From: Chiloscyllium plagiosum
Taxonomy: Eukaryota
Assembly (NCBI RefSeq): GCF_004010195.1
Contig: NC_057719.1
Coordinates: 57,763,023 to 57,827,022 of the forward strand
Length of the DNA: 64,000 nt
Direction of reading: 5' to 3'
Shown here: piece after piece, positions 59,632 through 64,000 of the stretch
Position numbering within the stretch: position 1 is the first letter of the stretch
How the letters are laid out: the number at the start of each line of letters is the position of its first letter
Made by a program: the position numbers and the translations under genes
Notes under the pieces: model-generated
Databases searched by the model: none
What the model was told of the DNA's origin: nothing
What the model saw: only the letters and a program-made list of their open reading frames with translations

Positions 59632-59781
59632 TGAGAGTGTGGTGCTGGAAAAGAATGATGATGAAGGGCTTATGCCCGAAACATCGATTCTCCTGCTCCT
59701 CAGATGCTGCCTGACCTGGTGTACTTTTCCAGCACCACACTTTCAACTCTGATGTCCAGCGTCTGCAATCCTCACTTTCTC
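59632..59781 (+). mobile_element. Short Penelope-terminus element (family A) with 16-bp TSD
   Basis: tgatgaagggcttatgcccgaaacatcgattctcc...ctcactttctc; flanks CTATATTTCCAAAAGT (59616) and CTATATTTGCAAAAGT (59782). Confidence 0.85.
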
Positions 59782-61457
59782 CTATATTTGCAAAAGTCTT
59801 AAGTTTAAATAATTTGAGCACATTCCTCAATTCCTTAATATTTCACTAATTCCCTTACCTAATAAATATATTTCATATTCACCCCACTTCATCTACTTCA
59901 AAGTGGATTTTAAAACATTTTAAATTATTTTCTGGGGAAATATACATATTGCTTATTCTAAATTGTCCTGAGACCATAAGGTTTACCAACATAGAATGAG
60001 GGTGATAAGTAAATGTAGACCAGAGCAGGTAGTGAGATGTATCCTTATCTGAAGAAAACAAAAGAAACAATTGGACTTTTACAGTAGCTTTAACCATTAC
60101 CTCCTTAATGAAAAAGTTATTGAATTTAATTTCACAACTTGCTGAGGTGAAATTTGAACTCGGAATCTCTAAACTATTACCATAAGTAGTAGCGTACTTT
60201 AGCTCAGTCTTTTCCTAGGGTTAATAGTTCCCTTGTACATGAGAGGACAATGATTAGTTTTTTTGTACACTTGATTAAGGTTCATTTCTCATGGTTAATT
60301 GGGACTGATTACAACTTAAGAATTGGAGAGGATGATAGAAGGTGATAAGGCATCTGAAACTCTCATAATCATGTACTTTGTGCTAACAGTTCTGAGGAGC
60401 AGAATATGATAGATCTGTGCTAGATGGTAGTATACTGAATTATCATGACACCCCCCCATAGACTACTACCATCCAAAGGCACATTGCATAAAATAGGCAC
60501 TTGGGTGACACATGTTCCTGAAAGGTCCAGCAAATAGAGGGTTGCGACTATCATGAGGTGTTTATGAAATGGTATTGGCAAGCTTTAATGTTTGATAAAT
60601 GTTCAAGATGATGGCAAAGAATGTGAGGTCCATGAACTGGCAGAATAGAAGTGTGGAAATTAAGAAAGCATTGTGCAAATTCTATTATTGGTTCTGCAAG
60701 TGACTTTTATTTGAAAACAATCACATAGTAGAGAACTGTCTGTAACCGATAATTATTGAAGTATATGCAAAAACCGCAGATTGTACTAATTATACAATGT
60801 CCGGAGAGCTACAGAAGCGTCTCAAAATACAATTGAAGTAGAAAACCTTATAATTTTGGTGGTGGCAAGGAGAGTAAAGGACAAACTAGTCAAATGGGTA
60901 AAACAAAAAATTTAGATATTTAGAAGGAATTTAGAGTTTACTCTGAAGTACCAGATAAGGGACAGCTAGCCTTGTCAAATAGATAGACTTGTGTAAAAAG
61001 TTTCTTGCAATGGAGATTACAGATCAAAGTGAGACTAGTTGCTTGTGTTTGAAGAGCAGCTGGATGATGTGTAAGTGTTTCTGAAACTGCATAAAAAGCA
61101 AGTGATATGGAACTTTAAACAAATGTGTTCATGATTTGAAGAAAGTTGGTTGCATTCAATACATCAGATTCCACAATATCTTATTTAGGCAAAAAGGGAT
61201 GCTTTATCTGGCATTTCCTGAAATGTATTCGTGATTTCTCATGAGGTGGTGTCATGGATTTGAGAAATGTGTTCTTATTAAACCTTTAGAGTTGAATCAA
61301 AGTTAGAAATCAAGCTTATGCAAAATGGTTCTGGAATAGTTTTGATACAGCAATCTTAATGAGATATTGTTGCTGCTATCCTGGTTAATTGTGCTAGGAC
61401 ATTAGAGAAAATGATATGCACCTCAAGAAGAAATAGATTCATGTGAAGCTTAATTGG

Positions 61458-61653
61458 AAATTTTGTGGTGCTAGAAAATCACAGCAGGTCAGGCAGCATC
61501 CGAGGAGCAGTAAAATCAACATTCTTTCTAATCTTTGATTCCATTCAGAACGTCGATTCTCCTGCACCTCAGATGCTGCTTGACCTGCTGTGATTTTCCA
61601 GCGCCACACGTTTCGACTCTGATCTCCAGCATCCACAGTCGCCACTTTCTCCC
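61458..61653. mobile_element. Fold-back Penelope-terminus element (family A) with 16-bp TSD
   Basis: Arms 61464-61524 and about 61548-61608 are inverted; flanks TGTGAAGCTTAATTGG (61442) and TGTGAAACTTGATTGG (61654). Confidence 0.85.
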
Positions 61654-62699
61654 TGTGAAACTTGATTGGTTAGTTGAATTGGTTTTGCACCCATATAAGC
61701 AAGACAAGATGCAAGTTTTGATGTATTGAAACAAAGTACCATGATTAAACACTCAAATTGTGAATGTTTTAAGGGAAAATCATTTTTCATTCTGCACTGA
61801 ATATGGACAAATACATGTTTAAGTGTTCATCCACAGGTGAATAAAAAAACGTGAAGTTAGTTATTTTTAGTGATGCGTCTTATGTCAGTCTTCCTGATAA
61901 GTGTTTGAGTGTCATAACATTTTGTGGGTGAAAATAGATAATGTTCCCCTTTACTCTGGGTAGTTAAGAAACTTTTTAAAGATTGTTAGAAGTGCTTTAA
62001 CTGTAGTGTTGGGTGATTTAATACTGGAAAGGTCGAAAAAAATCCCTTCATCCAATCAAGGAAGCTTTTGTGTCTTCTGACAGGAAAGGTAAAAAAGATA
62101 GCAAATCGAATTGCGGAACACAAGAAAGGGAGGACAACAGTCAATTATATAAGAGACGATGTAAGAGGCAAGGATACATGAAAAGAAAATTCTCCTAAAT
62201 TTAATCTGCACTAAGATTATGAAGCAATCTGAACAGGCATATTTGATAGTGGTAATTTGAGGATAACTTTCCCTTCTATGAACTGAAATGGAAAAGGAAA
62301 TGAAAAGAATGTATGACTATATGTGTGGTGTCAGCAAGAAGGATTCTACTTTCTCGGGCACCGTTACAAGTTCTGAGTCAACTGGCAATAAACTTCATTT
62401 GGTTACATTGAAACAGCCAGGTTTCTGAAGTATTGGTCGAATAATTAAATAGAGAAAGAATTAAAATTAAAAGTGTCATGGTGGGAGTGAGGATGGCGAC
62501 CTAGTTAGAAAAGTAAAACCAGCGAGAATCATTAATAAGACAGGAGAGTCGGTTTGAATAATGTACCACAGAAAACAAGTTAGCAAAAAGATATGATGTA
62601 AAGAAATAAAAGCAAATGGCTTAATTATGAAATGAAAAGACATGCATAGGCTGATGGCAACAGACAATGGGAGAGGAGTTATGTTTGAATAAAGGTTTT

Positions 62700-63200
62700 A
62701 AAAAACTAAAATGAATATATCACAATTTACAGTGTGGGAAATAAACTGTGGAAACTGGAAGCAATTAATTGCATGGAAAGATCCAGACGTAATAACATTC
62801 ACAGAAGTCTGGCAGCAAACTACACAAACATAAACATGCAATAGTATATAATGAAACAAATTTTGTTCTCAGCAGTAAATGATTGTGCTCAATCATTCAT
62901 TACACAGGCACACAGACGACTCGAAGGGACCAGTTTACTGTAAATCAGAAAGCCAAAATAGCATGGCGCCCTCTACAGTGCACCTGGGACCTGGATGAAC
63001 AGGACAAGTAACTACATCTCAGTAAAGAATCAGATTGAAGAATTGTCAATGAACAGTAGAGCATTTGAATCAAAAAATTCTCAGTTCAAACTTCAAATAC
63101 TAAGTTACATCAGGACCAAGTGAAAGTGATGTAGAGAGGAAACAAAAACAATGAGATTCAGAGAGAGGGAAATTGAAGAATCATAAAGGAAAAGAATGTA
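62700..63200 (+). mobile_element. Ancient LINE endonuclease (APE) N-terminal remnant
   Basis: SVGNKLWKLE and KDPDVITFTEVW (about 62730-62812) resemble the N-terminal APE motifs of CR1-type ORF2. Confidence 0.45.
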
Positions 63201-63209
63201 TCACTTTTA

Positions 63210-63697
63210 AGATTTGGAGATGCCGGTGTTGGACTGATGTGTACAAAGTTAAAAATCACACAACACCAGGTTATAGTCCAACAGGTTTAATTGGAAGCAC
63301 TAACTTTTGGAGCGCTGCTCCTTCATTGGGTGGTTGTGGAGGACACAATTGTAAGACACAGAATTTATAGCAAAAGTTTACAGTGTGATGTAACTGAAAT
63401 TATACATTGAAAAATACCTTGATTGTTTGTTGAGTCTTTCATCTGTTTGAATACCATGATAGTTTCGCTTCATTCATATGTAAATCACAAAACTGTAACA
63501 ATTGGTGTTAGCCAGATAATATGTTGAAGGTGTCAGCCCCCTGTGTCCTCTGTCTGTGTCGTAATATTTAGACTGATTCTAGCCTAAAAAGTGAGTTAAC
63601 AGAGTCTTACATGAACTCATGCTGTTTTTGAGCAAAGTACAATGTAACACTACAGGTTCACCGCACAAATGTATATGTATATGTTTGCATGTACGTT

Positions 63698-63731
<34 letters not shown>

Positions 63732-63930
63732 CGCTTTTGTGTCTGTCTGTCTGGGGTGGGGGGTTGTGAGTGTGAGAGAGAGTGTATATGTGTGCGTATG
63801 TGAGTGTAGAGTGTCTAAGTCTGAGAGTGGGTGCATGTGTGACACTCTACACTAACATACACTCTCTCTCACACTCACAACCCCCCACCCCAGACAGATA
63901 GACAGAATCACACACACACACACACACACT
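63210..63930 (-). mobile_element. Penelope-like element (family B relative) with terminal fold-back
   Basis: 63215-63420 is homologous to 16262-16460, followed by a TG-rich UTR; 63740-63815 is inverted-duplicated at 63841-63905. Confidence 0.8.
63698..63734. repeat. (TG)n(CG)n microsatellite
   Basis: tgtgtg...gtgcgcgcgcgcgc, an alternating purine-pyrimidine tract. Confidence 0.95.
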
Positions 63931-64000
63931 GCAGCTAGGAAATGCAAACATGTAATGATAAGATTGGATAATATATGGATAATATCGGCAAAATACATGT

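Noticed and set aside
58841..64000. Further upstream Slc25a21 exon (FFTFEQYKK...)
   Set aside because: I found no matching minus-strand exon by eye; it presumably lies beyond the window.
1..64000. CRISPR arrays or prokaryotic operon-type systems
   Set aside because: Vertebrate DNA with spliceosomal introns; no regularly spaced repeat-spacer array. The recurring short palindromes are dispersed retroelement termini.

Overview
Eukaryotic, repeat-rich genomic DNA from a cartilaginous fish. The repeat content (HE1-type V-SINEs, HER1/CR1 LINEs, Deu-domain SINEs, Penelope elements) suggests a shark; the species cannot be fixed from sequence alone. The window holds the complete 4-exon Pax9 gene on the + strand (CDS 23382-23385, 24425-25057, 26870-27018, 29336-29590; 1041 nt, 346 aa). 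Tail-to-tail about 2.3 kb downstream lie the last five coding exons of Slc25a21, the mitochondrial 2-oxodicarboxylate carrier, on the - strand (58840-58733, 34526-34362, 33211-33030, 32129-32077, 31929-31868). This is the conserved vertebrate Pax9-Slc25a21 block. The rest is nested, decayed transposons (CR1/L2, Rex-Babar, RTE, Penelope, a Gmr1-type Gypsy element, SINEs), two N gaps and several repeat-free, homeodomain-site-rich candidate enhancers. The most notable unannotated signals are: (i) minimal hammerhead-ribozyme cores with covarying stems in the termini of three distinct Penelope-like families, including short TSD-flanked non-autonomous copies; (ii) an AT-rich but CpG-retaining domain of about 17 kb around Pax9 with an edge inside intron 3; (iii) a Gypsy fossil with integrase upstream of RT; (iv) a LINE whose 5' end is a tRNA-type Pol III head. 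Exon boundaries were read base by base; repeat boundaries are approximate.
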